Below are positions 37,692-47,633 of a stretch of 64,000 nt of DNA, one piece after another. Origin of the DNA: Candidatus Omnitrophota bacterium (lineage in GTDB: Bacteria > Omnitrophota > Gorgyraeia > Tantalellales > Tantalellaceae); contig JBDRKO010000001.1 of assembly GCA_043813915.1 (NCBI GenBank), positions 64,835-128,834 on the forward strand, read 5' to 3'. The notes under the pieces were generated by a model. That model was not told the origin of the DNA, did no database searches, and saw only the letters and a program-made list of their open reading frames with translations. Numbering within the stretch: the first letter of the stretch is position 1; each line of letters opens with the position of its first letter. The position numbers were made by a program, and so were the translations under genes.

Positions 37692-38624
37692 TCATCCCGC
37701 GCTAAGAGCCGTAAGAAGCATTCTAACACATAGTTCGGAAAAATCTATACCCTCTTCCCTGGCCGCCATCGGAAGAAGACTTCTTTCGGTAAGCCCCGGT
37801 ATGGTATTGACCTCCAGAACGTACATATCTCCGTTCGCCGAAGCTATCATGTCCACTCTGGAGAACCCGGAACATCCGAGCACTTTGTGCGCCTTAAGCC
37901 CCGCATCCTGAGCCATCCCGTATGCTTCCTCGGTCAGCCCGGCGGGCACTATGTATTTTGTCCGGCTCGAGGTATATTTGGAATGAAAATCATACGTGCC
38001 GCATTCCGGTTCTATTTCTACGACGGGCAGGGCCTTTTCGTCAAGTATCCCTACCGTTATCTCTCGGCCCGATATATACCGTTCCGCGATAACGTCCGGC
38101 CCGAATTTCAACGCTTCGCGCACGGCCTCCTTTAACCCCTCCTCCGAGGGAACAAAGGACAGCCCTATGCTAGACCCCTCTTTCGCGGGCTTTATTACGC
38201 ACGGAAAACCGATCTCGCCGGAAACGATGTGTTCTTCTGACCGTACGATCTCATATTCGGGGATCTTTATCCCGGCGCTATGAAGTCTTTTTTTTGTCTC
38301 TATTTTATCGAAAGCTATGCGGGATGCTTCGGGACCCGACCCGCTATAAGGGATACCCTTCCCCTCCAGTATGGACTGGACGGTCCCGTCCTCCCCGTAT
38401 TTCCCGTGCATCGCTATGAAAGCTACGGTAACACCCGAAATTTCCTCATCCCTTATAGAACCGTTCTTTTCTACCTCTATCAATACCGTGTTGAGGCCAA
38501 GCTCTTGGAACGCGCCGAACACCGCGCGGGCGCTTTTAAGACTTATGTCCCTTTCGCTGGAAGGCCCTCCCGCCAGAACACCTATCCTGTGGCCTCGAAG
38601 CGCTTCCATCCCGTTATTTTTCAT
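37692..38624 (-). CDS. ddl: D-alanine-D-alanine ligase
   Basis: GGPSSERDISL, HGKYGEDG, EGSSIG, YDFHSKY, EVNTIPG. Confidence 0.98.
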   Translation of the reverse strand: MKNNGMEALRGHRIGVLAGGPSSERDISLKSARAVFGAFQELGLNTVLIEVEKNGSIRDEEISGVTVAFIAMHGKYGEDGTVQSILEGKGIPYSGSGPEASRIAFDKIETKKRLHSAGIKIPEYEIVRSEEHIVSGEIGFPCVIKPAKEGSSIGLSFVPSEEGLKEAVREALKFGPDVIAERYISGREITVGILDEKALPVVEIEPECGTYDFHSKYTSSRTKYIVPAGLTEEAYGMAQDAGLKAHKVLGCSGFSRVDMIASANGDMYVLEVNTIPGLTERSLLPMAAREEGIDFSELCVRMLLTALSAG

Positions 38625-39549
38625 ATTCCGCGTCCTTCATTATCATGATCTCGGGGTAAAGCTCTACCGAGAACCTATTCTTTACTTCATTCTCTATCTT
38701 TTTCATGAGCTTTTTCACGTCAGAGGCCGTGGCGCTCCCTTCGTTGACGATGAAATTCGCGTGTTTTTCGGAGACCACCGCTCCGCCCGACCTCGAGCCT
38801 TTCATCCCGCTCAGTTCTATAAGTTCTCCGGCGGACCTATTATCGCCTTGAGGGTTCTTGAATATACATCCGAGCGTTCTCTCTAGTAAAGGCTGCTTTT
38901 CCATCTTTTCCGAAAAATACGCTTTCAGTCTCTCATCCGTTTCCTTTCTGGAACATCTCTCAAATTCGAATTCCGCTTTAAGGACAATATCCCCTTTTTC
39001 AAGGCCCGAACATCTATATCCGAATCCCATCTCTTTTTGCTCCAGCCATCTCTCTCCGCGCGTTTCGCTCCACACCAACACTTTTCTGACCATACTGCCG
39101 ATATCTCTTTTATATCCGGCGTTCGTTCTTACGGCACCGCCTACCGTGGCGGGGATACCTACCAGACCTTCAGCCCCACCCAGGCCTTCCGCACGGCACG
39201 CTGCTATCATGTATTCAAGCCTCACCCCCGCTCCCAGGACGAGGTGCTGTCCCCGGGCCGATATTTCAGAGAACACGCCTTCTCTTATGATCACCACGAC
39301 CGCATTGAACTCGTTGTCCGGGAAAAGGACATTACTGCCTCTGCCCAAGATCTCCGATCTTATGTTTCCGCGCCTAAGTATATCCGAAAGCTGTATCAGT
39401 TCTTCGGCGCAGGAAGGCAGGTATACCGCCGCGGCTTTTCCTCCTACTCTCATTGTACTGTAAAGCGACATGGGCCGGCCGAACAGCACTTTGCCGCCGT
39501 ATTTTCTGCTCAGTCTTTCTAATTGTCCGAAAAATGGTCTTTCTGTCAT
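38614..39549 (-). CDS. murB: UDP-N-acetylenolpyruvoylglucosamine reductase
   Basis: GRGSNVL, GIPATVGGA..NAG, FGYR, GCIFKNP, KHANFIVN. Confidence 0.96.
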   Translation of the reverse strand: MTERPFFGQLERLSRKYGGKVLFGRPMSLYSTMRVGGKAAAVYLPSCAEELIQLSDILRRGNIRSEILGRGSNVLFPDNEFNAVVVIIREGVFSEISARGQHLVLGAGVRLEYMIAACRAEGLGGAEGLVGIPATVGGAVRTNAGYKRDIGSMVRKVLVWSETRGERWLEQKEMGFGYRCSGLEKGDIVLKAEFEFERCSRKETDERLKAYFSEKMEKQPLLERTLGCIFKNPQGDNRSAGELIELSGMKGSRSGGAVVSEKHANFIVNEGSATASDVKKLMKKIENEVKNRFSVELYPEIMIMKDAEYEK

Positions 39550-39553
39550 TGTT

Positions 39554-40924
39554 CTACGCCTGCCCTCCGATGCTAGCGACTATTCCCGGACCGATCTCCC
39601 TGATATCCCCGGCACCGAGAATGAGGACCATATCCCCCGGCGAGGTAAGTCCCGGCATCGCTCCGGGAATATCCTCCTTACTCAGCATCTCCAGCACGGA
39701 GAACCTTCCCCTATCCATCCTGTCCAATATATCCTTGACCGATATTTTATTTAAAAGGCCTTCCTCGTCCGCGGAATATATATCCGTTAGTATCACATTG
39801 TCCGCCTCGTTAAAACAGCGGGTGAAATCCTCGGCTAGGTCAGCTGTTCTTGAATAGCGGTGAGGCTGAAAAACAACTGTCACTTTTCCCGGCGCGGCCT
39901 GTTTCGCGGCCCTTATGACAGCCTTGATCTCCGTCGGGTGATGCGCGTAATCTTCTATCACCCGGACACCCTTTACCTTGCCCACTTCTTCGAATCTTCT
40001 CTTTACTCCCTTAAAGGATCCCGCTCCCGAAACAATATCTTCCATACCCGCCCCCGCTTCCAGACAAACAGCCGACGCGTTCAAAAGGTTCATAAGATTA
40101 TGTCTTCCCAAAAGCGGGCAGATCACTCTTCCCATATTGCTTCCTTTCGCGATAAGATCGAACTCGATACTTTTGTCGAAGACCTCTCCGGAGCAGGTAA
40201 TATCGCATCCCTTTTTTATCCCGAACGAGACTTTCCTTACTTTTTCCGCGGCGGGCAGTATGTTCTTAATGGCCTCATCCTCTCCGCTGAAAACGAACGC
40301 CCCTCCTTCTGAAATATTGTTCAAAAACGATCTATACGCGTTCAAGAGGTCGTCCCATCCCTTGTAATTTTCCATATGTTCTCTTTCTATATTCGTAACG
40401 GACGCTATGTGTGACCGTATGTTCCGAAAATATCCGTCACTTTCATCGACCTCCGCAACGACCATATCCCCGGCACCTTTTTTCGCGTTACCTCCGATGG
40501 ATCCTATCTCCCCTCCGAGAATAACGGTAGGGTCCCATCCGGACGTCTCGAGTATATGAGCGATAAGCGCCGTTGTCGTGGTCTTGCCGTGAGTGCCTGT
40601 AACTGTCAGGGCGGACCCTGCTTCTTCCAGCATCCTTCCGAGAAATTCACTTCTCGGCAGGACGGTTATCCCTTTGTCCAAAGCCGCCATCAGCTCGGGG
40701 TTATCCTTTTTTATCGAAGACGAGACTATTACCATCTCAGTCCCTTCCGGGATATGAGAAGAGGCGTGCCCCTCGTACACCTTGGCGCCGCGTTCGCACA
40801 ATTCTTCTATCAGCGGGTTCGACCTTATATCCGAACCCGAGACCTTATCTCCGCCGGCTATACTTATCTTAGCCAGCGCGCTCATACCTATACCGCCTAC
40901 GCCTATAAAATGTATATGTTTCAC
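39554..40924 (-). CDS. murC: UDP-N-acetylmuramate-L-alanine ligase
   Basis: HFIGVGGIGMS, GTHGKTTT, DESD, DYAHHPTEI, FQPHRYSR. Confidence 0.98.
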   Translation of the reverse strand: MKHIHFIGVGGIGMSALAKISIAGGDKVSGSDIRSNPLIEELCERGAKVYEGHASSHIPEGTEMVIVSSSIKKDNPELMAALDKGITVLPRSEFLGRMLEEAGSALTVTGTHGKTTTTALIAHILETSGWDPTVILGGEIGSIGGNAKKGAGDMVVAEVDESDGYFRNIRSHIASVTNIEREHMENYKGWDDLLNAYRSFLNNISEGGAFVFSGEDEAIKNILPAAEKVRKVSFGIKKGCDITCSGEVFDKSIEFDLIAKGSNMGRVICPLLGRHNLMNLLNASAVCLEAGAGMEDIVSGAGSFKGVKRRFEEVGKVKGVRVIEDYAHHPTEIKAVIRAAKQAAPGKVTVVFQPHRYSRTADLAEDFTRCFNEADNVILTDIYSADEEGLLNKISVKDILDRMDRGRFSVLEMLSKEDIPGAMPGLTSPGDMVLILGAGDIREIGPGIVASIGGQA

Positions 40925-42051
40925 TTATTCCTCATTTTTCTTTTTTCCCGTTTTTTTTCAGCCTCGCCGATGACCGCGTCGGCCAGGTCAGGACCCGCTG
41001 ACGGTCTGGCCAGTCTCGCGGCGGAAAGGGCCATAACGCGCAGCTTTTCCTTGTCCCTCAAAAGTCCCAATATGTCCTCACCGAGGGACTCTCCGGTGAT
41101 ATCGGGCTCTTCTCTGTATACCGCGGCACCGGCCCCGAAAAAAACAGCGGCGTTCGATCTTTGATTGTTCTTCGGATGCGGATACGGGACCAGGATCATG
41201 GGTTTACCGTAATAAGCCAGTTCGAACACCGCGGCGGCCCCCGAACGCGAGATCGCCAGATCGCTCACAGAGTAAGCCCGGTCGATCCTTTCCATAAAAG
41301 AGAAAACTTTTCCCTCGACATCGTTGGAACGATAGAACTCCTTTATCCTGTCATGATCTTTTTTCCCCGTCAAGTGAAGGAACTGCACGCCTTCTCCGGC
41401 CGCGCGTTTAACGCAGAGGGCCGCTTCAGACGCGGCTTTATTCAGGAAGGAAGATCCCTGACTGCCCCCCATAACGAGGACCGTGAACTTACAGGGGTCC
41501 ATCCCCAGCTCCGCGGCGGCGGATCCTCTGTCATTTATGAGCATATCCACCCGCAGGGGGTTGCCCGTACATCGTACGCGTCCCGGTCGTCCTTTGAAAT
41601 ATTCTTTTGACCCTTCGAAACTCACGGCAATAACATCGGCGATACGTCCCAATATCCTGTTTGCCCGGCCGGGAGATAAATTCTGCTCGTGTATTATGAC
41701 GGGTATGCCCAGGACCTTCCCCGCGACAGCGGCCGCCCCGGAAGAATATCCGCCGAAACCTACCACCGCGTCAGGACGTTGCCGAAGAATAATAAAAAAT
41801 GATACCGCTATATCCAACATGAATTTCATCGCGAACACCAGTATACGCAGGGGATAAAACCCCAAAGGCATGGGGTTTATAGAAAGAAAAAAACTGGGGA
41901 ACCCGTATTCTTTCAGTATATTCTTATCCAGATCGCGTCTGCTGGAGACCAGAAGGATATCTTCCACTCCTTTTTTTCTTAGTTCCGAGGCCAGGACCAC
42001 CGCCGGGAAGATATGTCCGCCTGAACCTCCCGCCGCGATAATGATCTTCAT
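40921..42051 (-). CDS. murG: Lipid II GlcNAc transferase
   Basis: GGSGGHIFP, GFGGY, HEQN, GNPLR, GGSQG, SRSGA. Confidence 0.98.
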   Translation of the reverse strand: MKIIIAAGGSGGHIFPAVVLASELRKKGVEDILLVSSRRDLDKNILKEYGFPSFFLSINPMPLGFYPLRILVFAMKFMLDIAVSFFIILRQRPDAVVGFGGYSSGAAAVAGKVLGIPVIIHEQNLSPGRANRILGRIADVIAVSFEGSKEYFKGRPGRVRCTGNPLRVDMLINDRGSAAAELGMDPCKFTVLVMGGSQGSSFLNKAASEAALCVKRAAGEGVQFLHLTGKKDHDRIKEFYRSNDVEGKVFSFMERIDRAYSVSDLAISRSGAAAVFELAYYGKPMILVPYPHPKNNQRSNAAVFFGAGAAVYREEPDITGESLGEDILGLLRDKEKLRVMALSAARLARPSAGPDLADAVIGEAEKKREKRKMRNK

Positions 42052-42069
42052 TAATATATCCTTGTGTAT

Positions 42070-42608
42070 AAAAGTCTAAAGGTCTAAAGGTCTTTTAAGT
42101 AAATTGCCAGAAACCTGTTACCAGTTGCCAGACCAAAACAGTTTAAAAGTCTAAATGTCGAAAGTCCCAATAGACCATTGACTGTTGACCATGGACTATT
42201 GACCATTATGCGAATCCATCAATACTGACCTATTTGTCGCTAAAGACAATGGTCAATCGTCAATTGTCCATAGTCCAATATCGTCTCCGTCCTCTGACTT
42301 CTGTCTTCTGACTTCTAGCTCTCCGGAATACCCGCTCTTCTCAGTCCGCTTTAGCGGACTGGATGTCCAGTATCTTCCGAGCTCTTCCCCTCCATCCAAC
42401 GTATAGTCCTGGTCACGACAATAACTTCGTTACCTGATCGGGTGGGTATTCTAGGCGAGTTCCGCAACCCCGCTGCTTTGTTTTGCAAAGCAAAACAACG
42501 GGGTGAGGACTGTCTGAGCCCAGAATACCCGCCGATCGGGTAACCATTTTCACATCAGTCAATACAACCCGACAAACTCTACAAACGCAACAAACCCCAC
42601 AAACCCTA
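42070..42608. repeat. Mosaic repeat island B with inverted heptamer arrays and palindromes
   Basis: Arrays aaaggtct, ttgccag, tgaccat with an inverted atggtca partner, tctgact, 9-mer acaaacyc; palindrome CAGTCCGCTTTAGCGGACTG (42342-42361); 116-bp hairpin (42429-42544). Confidence 0.9.
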
Positions 42609-43691
42609 CTCCGCTTCCCGCGCCATGTTCAATATGAGCCCCACCGCGGCCATATGACATACAAGCGAACTTCCGCCGTAACTGATAAAAGGAAGCGGCA
42701 GACCTTTTGTCGGCAATATCCCGGACGATACCCCGATATTCACTATCACCTCGAACGCTATCATTGTCGCAAGCCCGAATACGGCGGATGACGCGAATCT
42801 TTCTTTTATCTTGAAAGATATCCTGAACGCGTACCACACCAGCACGGCAAAAAGAAATATCGTCGCGGCCGCTCCCATGAACCCCAGTTCTTCCCCGATT
42901 ATGGAAAAAATAAAATCCGTATGCGATTCGGGAAGGTAGAAAAGTTTTTGTTTAGACTCCCCCAACCCCACTCCGAGCAATCCTCCCGACCCCAAAGCTA
43001 TGAAAGACTGTATGAGCTGAAAACCCGCCCCTTGAGCATCTTTCCACGGGTTCACAACGGTCAGAATACGGCTTATCCTGTACGGTTTGCTCTTGACGGC
43101 CCATATCAGAGCCGGTATCATACCCAGGACTATTGGCAAAAGATGCCCGACCTTTATTCCCGCGGAGAACAGCATGACCGTTCCGATGAACAATATCGCG
43201 ACAAATGTCCCCATATCCGGCTCTAAAAGGACAAGACCTCCGATGAACCCCACGGCAAAAAAAGACGGGATGAACCCCTTGTAAACATCCTGTATAAGAT
43301 TTCCTTTACGGGCGATAAGATCTGACAGATACAGGACCATCACTATCTTGGCGACTTCCGACGGCTGGAACCCAAAACCAAATAACCGTATCCATCTGCG
43401 CGCTCCCCCGGCCATCGTTCCTACACCCGGGACCATCACTAATACCAGAAGCAGTATGACCGCTAGCATCGCGGGTCGAGCATATTCTCTTATAGCCCCG
43501 GGTTTTACGGACATAAGGAGCACCGCGACCCCCAGGCCTGAAAGAAGAAAGAACAAATGTCTTTTTACGAAGAATAAGCTGTCATGGTAACGCCCGTACG
43601 CATATATCCCGCTGGATGAATATATCATGACTATACCAAGCATCAAGAGCATCGAGGCCGAGAACAATATCATCTTGGAATCTTTTATCAT
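42606..43691 (-). CDS. ftsW: Cell division SEDS protein FtsW
   Basis: GIVMIYSSS, GARRW, FQPSE, EPDMGT, GFQLIQS, YLPESHTDFIFS, PFISYGGSS. Confidence 0.97.
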   Translation of the reverse strand: MIKDSKMILFSASMLLMLGIVMIYSSSGIYAYGRYHDSLFFVKRHLFFLLSGLGVAVLLMSVKPGAIREYARPAMLAVILLLVLVMVPGVGTMAGGARRWIRLFGFGFQPSEVAKIVMVLYLSDLIARKGNLIQDVYKGFIPSFFAVGFIGGLVLLEPDMGTFVAILFIGTVMLFSAGIKVGHLLPIVLGMIPALIWAVKSKPYRISRILTVVNPWKDAQGAGFQLIQSFIALGSGGLLGVGLGESKQKLFYLPESHTDFIFSIIGEELGFMGAAATIFLFAVLVWYAFRISFKIKERFASSAVFGLATMIAFEVIVNIGVSSGILPTKGLPLPFISYGGSSLVCHMAAVGLILNMAREAE

Positions 43692-45052
43692 GCGGACATG
43701 TCCTTACCTGCCTGTTTTTTTACCTCTCGCTGGAACACATCGCCCCGTTCCCTATACCCGGAAAACATATCAAAACTGGAACACATAGGTGAAAGCATAA
43801 TAATATCTCCCCTTGACGCTCTTTCCGCGGACACTCTTACCGCATCCGCCATATTCGCCGAACATATAACGGGGACCACACCGCCGAACGCCTCCTTAAT
43901 AAGTGTCTGCGCCTCTCCTATGACTATAACAGCCTTGACCTTCTCTTTTATCAGAGATGTAAGGGACCTGTAATCCCCTCCCTTATCCCGTCCCCCGGCT
44001 ATAAGTATTATTTTACCGTCAGTCGATTCTACCGCACGTCTCGTAGCGTCTATGTTGGTGGCCTTGGAATCGTCTATAAAACAGATCCCCTCATATACAC
44101 CCACCTTTTCCGTCCTATGTTTCAGCGGCCGGAAAGACGCGGCAGCGGAGACCAGCACCTCCGCGCTAATGCCCAGGATCCACCCTACTATAGCGGCGCA
44201 CGCCACATTTTCCATATTGTGTATCCCTGACAAAGACAGGTCTTTTTCTTTTATGGAAAAACAGTTCGCGCCGCTTTCATCGTTTATGCTTACTTCTTTC
44301 TGCGACACCTCCGCGCGATGCTTCCCTTTCCCGAAATAAACTATTCCGCTCTTGATCCTTCCTATCTCCTCATCGCCCTTGAAAGAAGCATTTATCACCG
44401 CCCAGTCATCGCCGTTTTGATTGGCGAATATTTTGAATTTTTCGGATCTATAGTCCTCGTATCCGCGGTGTCTGTCATAATGGTCCTCTGTTATATTGAG
44501 CAGGACCGCTATATGAGGCCTGAACGAGTCGATCGTTCCCAGCTGGAATGAACTCACTTCAACCACCGCGATATCCCGGGGAGAGAGCCCAGCCACTTCG
44601 CCTATCAAAGGATTACCTATATTCCCGCATACAACTGCCTTTCTACCGGACGCGTTGATCATATGCCCGATAAGTTCGGTAACGGTACTTTTTCCGTTGG
44701 TCCCTGTCACGGCGACAACAGTAGACACGCAGTACATATACCCGAGCTCCAATGTCCCTATGGCCGGCATGCCGACCGGGAGCACCCCCGCGTCATACAG
44801 CTCTTTCGTATGTACTCCGGGACTTATCACCGCAACGTCCGCTTTAGAACAGAACTCGCCGGTATGCCCTCGGGTTTCATATTCGAACTGACCATACCGT
44901 CCGAGCTCTTTTATCCTTCCTCCGATATCTTCTTCTCCGGCTTTTTCACTTACCTTAACGGAAAATCCTTTTTTCAGGAGGAATAACGCCGCCGCATAGC
45001 CGCTCACACCCAGCCCTAATATAAGTATTTTTTTATTTTTGAGATCTATCAT
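43688..45052 (-). CDS. murD: UDP-MurNAc-L-Ala-D-glutamate ligase
   Basis: GLGVSG, SPG, TGTNGKST, EVSSFQL, DDSKATN, AGGRDKG, SPMCSSFD. Start re-called at ATG 45052. Confidence 0.97.
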   Translation of the reverse strand: MIDLKNKKILILGLGVSGYAAALFLLKKGFSVKVSEKAGEEDIGGRIKELGRYGQFEYETRGHTGEFCSKADVAVISPGVHTKELYDAGVLPVGMPAIGTLELGYMYCVSTVVAVTGTNGKSTVTELIGHMINASGRKAVVCGNIGNPLIGEVAGLSPRDIAVVEVSSFQLGTIDSFRPHIAVLLNITEDHYDRHRGYEDYRSEKFKIFANQNGDDWAVINASFKGDEEIGRIKSGIVYFGKGKHRAEVSQKEVSINDESGANCFSIKEKDLSLSGIHNMENVACAAIVGWILGISAEVLVSAAASFRPLKHRTEKVGVYEGICFIDDSKATNIDATRRAVESTDGKIILIAGGRDKGGDYRSLTSLIKEKVKAVIVIGEAQTLIKEAFGGVVPVICSANMADAVRVSAERASRGDIIMLSPMCSSFDMFSGYRERGDVFQREVKKQAGKDMSA

Positions 45053-45126
45053 AATAGTGAACGGTGACTCGTAATTTGTAATTCGTGATTCGTGACTCGT
45101 GATTCGTAAGCAGTGAACAGTGAATC
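45053..45126. repeat. Heptamer repeat island C
   Basis: tcgtgat/tcgtaat array (same unit as island A) and cagtgaa units, between mraY and murD. Confidence 0.85.
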
Positions 45127-45154
45127 GTAGGGGCACGGCATGCCGTGCCCCTAC
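45127..45154. repeat. GTAG-type REP palindrome
   Basis: Perfect 28-bp palindrome GTAGGGGCACGGCATGCCGTGCCCCTAC; GTAG ends are typical of RAYT-associated REPs. Confidence 0.85.
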
Positions 45155-45163
45155 CATCATCCG

Positions 45164-46252
45164 TCATCTCACCTTCAGCGTCATCAGGCTCGCCAGAGCC
45201 AAGATGGAGGCTATTATCCAGAAGCGTACCGTTATTTTCGACTCATGCATCCCTTTTATCTGAAAATGGTGATGCAGCGGTGACATCAGAAAAAGTCTTT
45301 TTCCGCGGATCTTGAAGGACAGGACCTGCAGTATGACCGAGCCCGCTTCCGCCACAAGAACACCCCCCGTTATAAGGAGCAATATCTCTTTCTTTATCAG
45401 TATGCTCACTATAGCAATAGCTCCCCCGAGCGCCAGCGATCCCGTATCCCCCATGAAAACCGTAGCGGGATGGCTGTTAAACCACAAAAACCCCAAGCTC
45501 GCTCCGGCCAACGCCGCGCAGAAAATGGTCAGTTCTCCCGCGCCCGGCAGATAGAATATCTGCAGGTACCGGCTTATCTCGGCGTGTCCCGTAAGATAGC
45601 TCACTGCCGCGAAGGTCAGCGCAACAAATACCATGCATCCGGTAGCCAAGCCGTCCAATCCGTCAGTCAGATTAAGCGCGTTGGAGGTTCCGGCTATGAC
45701 CAAAAACGAGAACAGCACATAGAAGATGCCCAGGTTACATACCGCATTCTTCATGAAAGGCAGATACAGGTCCCCTCCCAGCCCTTTCCCCTTAAAGACA
45801 AAAAGCCCCACTATCACCGCAAGGAACAACTGCCCCAGGATCTTGTTCAGCGCCCTTATTCCTTTTGCGCTCTTGTTCTTTATTTTAAGAAGGTCATCTA
45901 TGAACCCGATGGTCCCTAACCAGACCATACCCGCAAGTGAGAGAATTACATAATCGTTGTTAAGCCGTCCCCACATAACGGTTGACGCCACAACGGCCAT
46001 TATCAGCAGCAGGCCTCCCATAGTAGGGGTCCCTTCCTTATGCTTATGAAGGTCATACAGGCCCTCCACATGTTCTTTTCTTACGTACTGACCCGCTTTC
46101 ATTTTCTGCAGTACGCGTATCACCGCGGGAGCCATTATCACGCATATGATAAAGGACGTTACCGCGGCCATGCTCGCGCGGAACGTGATATACCGGAAAA
46201 CATTAAATCCGAACCATAGGTCTCTCAGCGGATAGAATATGTCATAAAACAT
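45164..46252 (-). CDS. mraY: Phospho-MurNAc-pentapeptide transferase
   Basis: K.GTPTMGG, GFIDD, NLTDGLDGLA, FMGDTGS, PLHHHF. Confidence 0.99.
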   Translation of the reverse strand: MFYDIFYPLRDLWFGFNVFRYITFRASMAAVTSFIICVIMAPAVIRVLQKMKAGQYVRKEHVEGLYDLHKHKEGTPTMGGLLLIMAVVASTVMWGRLNNDYVILSLAGMVWLGTIGFIDDLLKIKNKSAKGIRALNKILGQLFLAVIVGLFVFKGKGLGGDLYLPFMKNAVCNLGIFYVLFSFLVIAGTSNALNLTDGLDGLATGCMVFVALTFAAVSYLTGHAEISRYLQIFYLPGAGELTIFCAALAGASLGFLWFNSHPATVFMGDTGSLALGGAIAIVSILIKKEILLLITGGVLVAEAGSVILQVLSFKIRGKRLFLMSPLHHHFQIKGMHESKITVRFWIIASILALASLMTLKVR

Positions 46253-47601
46253 TTCAGTATGTCCTCCATCTTTGCCGCGCGCGACCCTTTCAGAAGCACA
46301 CAGGATCCTTCCGAGATCCTGTTCTTTATTATCTCTGCCGCATGGCCGTGATCCTTGGCCACGGTCACTCTGCCTTTATCCATACCCGCCGCTAAAGCGC
46401 CTTCGGCCGTAACATCCGACCATGTGCCGACCGCCACAAGCATATCCGCCCCGCTCTCGGCTATGCGTCTTCCCAATTCCCGGTGAACGGCTTCACTCTC
46501 CTCTCCCATTTCCATCATATCTCCGGCGACGACCACCCTGCCGCCCTTGCAGGCGTTTTCAGAAAGAACGTCCAGCGCGCACTTAAAAGAATCCGGATTG
46601 GCATTGTAAGAATCGTTTATGAAATCTATTCCTCCGGCCGTTACTCTCTCGAGCCGCATAGGCGGAAGCGCGACCGTCCGGACCCTCTCTTCTATGGACG
46701 GGCTCTCACCGACAAAATCCAGAGCAACGGCAATTGCCGCGGATACGTTATATACGTTATGGAGCCCGTCTTGCGGAAAAAAATAACTCTTTCCCTGTAA
46801 ACGGAACCGATACCCGCCGTCCCGGCGGGAAACATCCTCTATCCTCATATCGTTCCATCCGGACATCCCGAAAGATATCACGTCATCACGGCTATCCCCA
46901 AAATCCCGGAGAAGCGGATCGTCCCCGTTGACAAAGATCTTGCCGCCTTGGCGCAGGTATTTTGTCAAAGCTGTCTTCTCTTTCAGCACGCCTTCCTTGC
47001 TGCTAAAAAATTCCATATGCGCTCTGCCGATATTCGTTATGACTATTACGTCCGGACGGGCAATGCGCCCCAATACCGCCATCTCGCCGGGATGATTCGT
47101 CCCCAGTTCCAGCACTGCGGTCTCATGATACGGTTCCGCGTCGAACAATGTCAGGCTCAGCCCTATGATATTATTGAAAGACCTTTTACTGGCAAGCACC
47201 TTATCTTTTCCGGAAAGAAGCCACGACAGCATATCTTTTACCGTGGTCTTTCCGTTGGAGCCCGTCACGGCGATGACCTTGCCGTTCATCCTTTTCCTGA
47301 TCTCACCGGCTATGTCCGCAGCGGCAGGCGTAACCTCACCGACCTCCAGAACGGCCCCGCACATATCCATGATATCCCGCGGCATTTTGCGGGATACGAT
47401 GATGCCGGACGCTCCCCTATCCAACGCCTCTTTCACGAAATCATGCCCATCGAAATTCTTCCCTCTTACGGCCGCGAACATATCTCCATTTCTCACCGTC
47501 CGAGAATCGATAGATATACCTTTAACGCTTTGCTCCCCCGCTCCCCGGAGTATCCTGCCGCCCGCCGCGTCCGCCAGATCCTTCAATCTTAGGTCTATCA
47601 C
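46225..47601 (-). CDS. murF: UDP-MurNAc-tripeptide-D-Ala-D-Ala ligase
   Basis: IDSR, TGSNGKTTVK, SFNN.IG, ELGTNH.GE, NDSYNANP, LLKGSR. Confidence 0.97.
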   Translation of the reverse strand: MIDLRLKDLADAAGGRILRGAGEQSVKGISIDSRTVRNGDMFAAVRGKNFDGHDFVKEALDRGASGIIVSRKMPRDIMDMCGAVLEVGEVTPAAADIAGEIRKRMNGKVIAVTGSNGKTTVKDMLSWLLSGKDKVLASKRSFNNIIGLSLTLFDAEPYHETAVLELGTNHPGEMAVLGRIARPDVIVITNIGRAHMEFFSSKEGVLKEKTALTKYLRQGGKIFVNGDDPLLRDFGDSRDDVISFGMSGWNDMRIEDVSRRDGGYRFRLQGKSYFFPQDGLHNVYNVSAAIAVALDFVGESPSIEERVRTVALPPMRLERVTAGGIDFINDSYNANPDSFKCALDVLSENACKGGRVVVAGDMMEMGEESEAVHRELGRRIAESGADMLVAVGTWSDVTAEGALAAGMDKGRVTVAKDHGHAAEIIKNRISEGSCVLLKGSRAAKMEDILKCFMTYSIR

Positions 47602-47633
47602 TTCCTGCGCCCCTATTCTTCCGAAGTTTCCTT

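Noticed and set aside
42559-42837. 92-aa minus-strand ORF ending GFVGFVAFVEFVGLY
   Set aside because: Alternative frame of ftsW running into the 9-mer array.
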